Assembly (NCBI RefSeq): GCF_009914755.1
Contig: NC_060939.1
Source: the human T2T-CHM13v2.0 reference genome, Homo sapiens
DNA: 64,000 nucleotides
Reading direction: 5' to 3' (one strand)
In this document: piece after piece, positions 62,521 through 64,000 of the stretch
Layout of the letters: every line of letters begins with the position of its first letter
Position numbering within the stretch: position 1 is the first letter of the stretch
The notes under the pieces: model-generated
Told to the model about the DNA's origin: nothing
The model's input: only the letters and a program-made list of their open reading frames with translations
The model's database searches: none
Position numbers and translations under genes: made by a program

Positions 62521-63599
62521 TTAATCCTGACAAAAATGGCTCTTAAAAGTCCTCCATTCAGCATTTCACAGGTATACACATGTAAAAGCTCAAGCTACAT
62601 ACTTTAAGATTTGCACACTTGGCTGCATGTAAGTTATACCTTACTAAAGTTGCTCTCTTCTTTCCCTCTAAATGTACCTGCTTCCACAGTTTCGGCCTTC
62701 AACGTAGTTCACATCTGCCTCCAAACAGCCTCCTTGGAAGTCTTACTTTTTGCTGTTTCAAACCTTAAATTCTTTTCTCTAGTCTCAGTCTCTTTTCAGA
62801 GCTCTTGTCGTAACTAGCCCACGGATGCCTGAAATTTAACAGATCCAGAATCAAATGTAGCAATTTCTCCACTCTGCACCAAGGTCCTCCTTTTGCTGAC
62901 TCCTGTATGAATGGCATCACCACTCAAATCTCAAAAATGGCCTTCCCAGAGTTCTCATTTCCCCTCATCGAATTACTTATTAACTACACCTCAATAATGT
63001 GATTCTCAAAATTCATCCCTTTCCATTCCTATGGCTACTACCCTAATTCAAAATCCCCATTAAGTTATAACCACACTGTGCCTAACTTTTATCCCTACCT
63101 CCAGTGTCTCCAGGTTCCAATATTCACTGTCTCTCCTGTTCACTGCTTTACCTTCAGTGCCTGGCATGTTTGTTAGACAGTAGGTGTTCGACAAATTTTT
63201 GTAGCATGAAGACCATCACAGCATTTATCTCACCCTCATAGATAACTGTGACCCTATGTTCCTTCCTCTGCTCCTCCCATGACATGAGGAACGAGACCAT
63301 TTTTATGGCAGTGAGGAGGAAAGCGCTGGCCCACAGTGGGATCAAACCTAAGAACCATGGCCTACCAACTATACATTAAAAATATGTGCCATTTTAGTTT
63401 CACATTTCTACTTCCTAAAAACTGGGCAGGGGGTTTTCTGGTAGCGGATCAGCCTTTATAAAAGGTCTCACTAGTATTAGAACTTCACCAAAACTGATTT
63501 TAATAACAATCCCTTACATGGCTCTAGGAGAGAAGACATCTAAATTTCAAGCTAATATTAATTCAATTTCCCTAATACTGCAGTCTGGACTGGCTATAC

Positions 63600-64000
63600 T
63601 AGAAGTCACCCAGATCTAGAACCTCTTTATCCAGCAGCTGGTTCTAGTATTATGGCGCTTCTAAGACAAGCAGGATTTGTTTTACTCAGCTGTTTAATCA
63701 GAATGCCTCCAAATTTACAAAGCAAATGTTTTAATGTCCAAGGCTAATACACCACTGCAAGGGAAGAATAGGTAGGAAAGGAAAGGGGCACTAAGAGAGG
63801 AACACACCGTAAGAGGGCTTGGCTACTGCATAGCACATCCTCAAGACTATCTCAGTGACCACTTTTAAACATCATTAAAACCTGTTTTGGAAAGGTACAC
63901 GATTTGATCTATCCCCACAGACAACCAGTCCCCTAAGCCTAGGGTGTCAACAAGAAAATTCTATATAAATGACTTCTAGCCTTCAGCTAATTTACAAGCT
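63600..64000 (-). other. Possible distal 3' UTR/3' flank of the next gene (COX5A by remembered gene order)
   Basis: Unique AT-rich sequence with minus-strand ATTAAA at 63693-63698; no COX5A coding sequence is visible, so the call rests on remembered synteny only. Confidence 0.3.

Noticed and set aside
63200-64000. COX5A coding exons
   Set aside because: No COX5A-like peptide in any frame; the gene body must lie outside the window

Overview
Primate, almost certainly human, genomic DNA that is very Alu-rich. From the encoded peptides I recognise the SCAMP2-MPI-FAM219B locus; from memory this is chr15q24, with COX5A just beyond the right edge. Contents: (1) SCAMP2 coding exon 1 on the minus strand (17028-17084), its CpG-island promoter and ~17 kb of intron 1 to the left. 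(2) A ~16 kb intergenic spacer filled with ERV1/MaLR solo LTRs, Alus and a 5'-truncated SVA. (3) The complete 8-exon MPI gene (+, CDS 33907-41611, 423 aa). (4) The complete 5-exon FAM219B gene (-, CDS 46500-50681, 198 aa), convergent with MPI. (5) A repeat-rich tail. I read all exon boundaries from the sequence, and the phases add up to intact ORFs. Nearly all other entries in the ORF track are Alu or microsatellite artefacts. I see no clearly new multi-gene system. The best leads are: a perfect (UG)57 next to an exonisable antisense Alu in MPI intron 5; a CaaX/Cys-cluster/RVxF/SSGYSS motif set in the uncharacterised FAM219B; a template-switch scar inside an Alu; an apparently foreign segment inside an MST LTR; and a GC-AG intron with a NAGNAG acceptor in FAM219B. 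Repeat subfamily names come from remembered consensus sequences and need RepeatMasker/Dfam confirmation.
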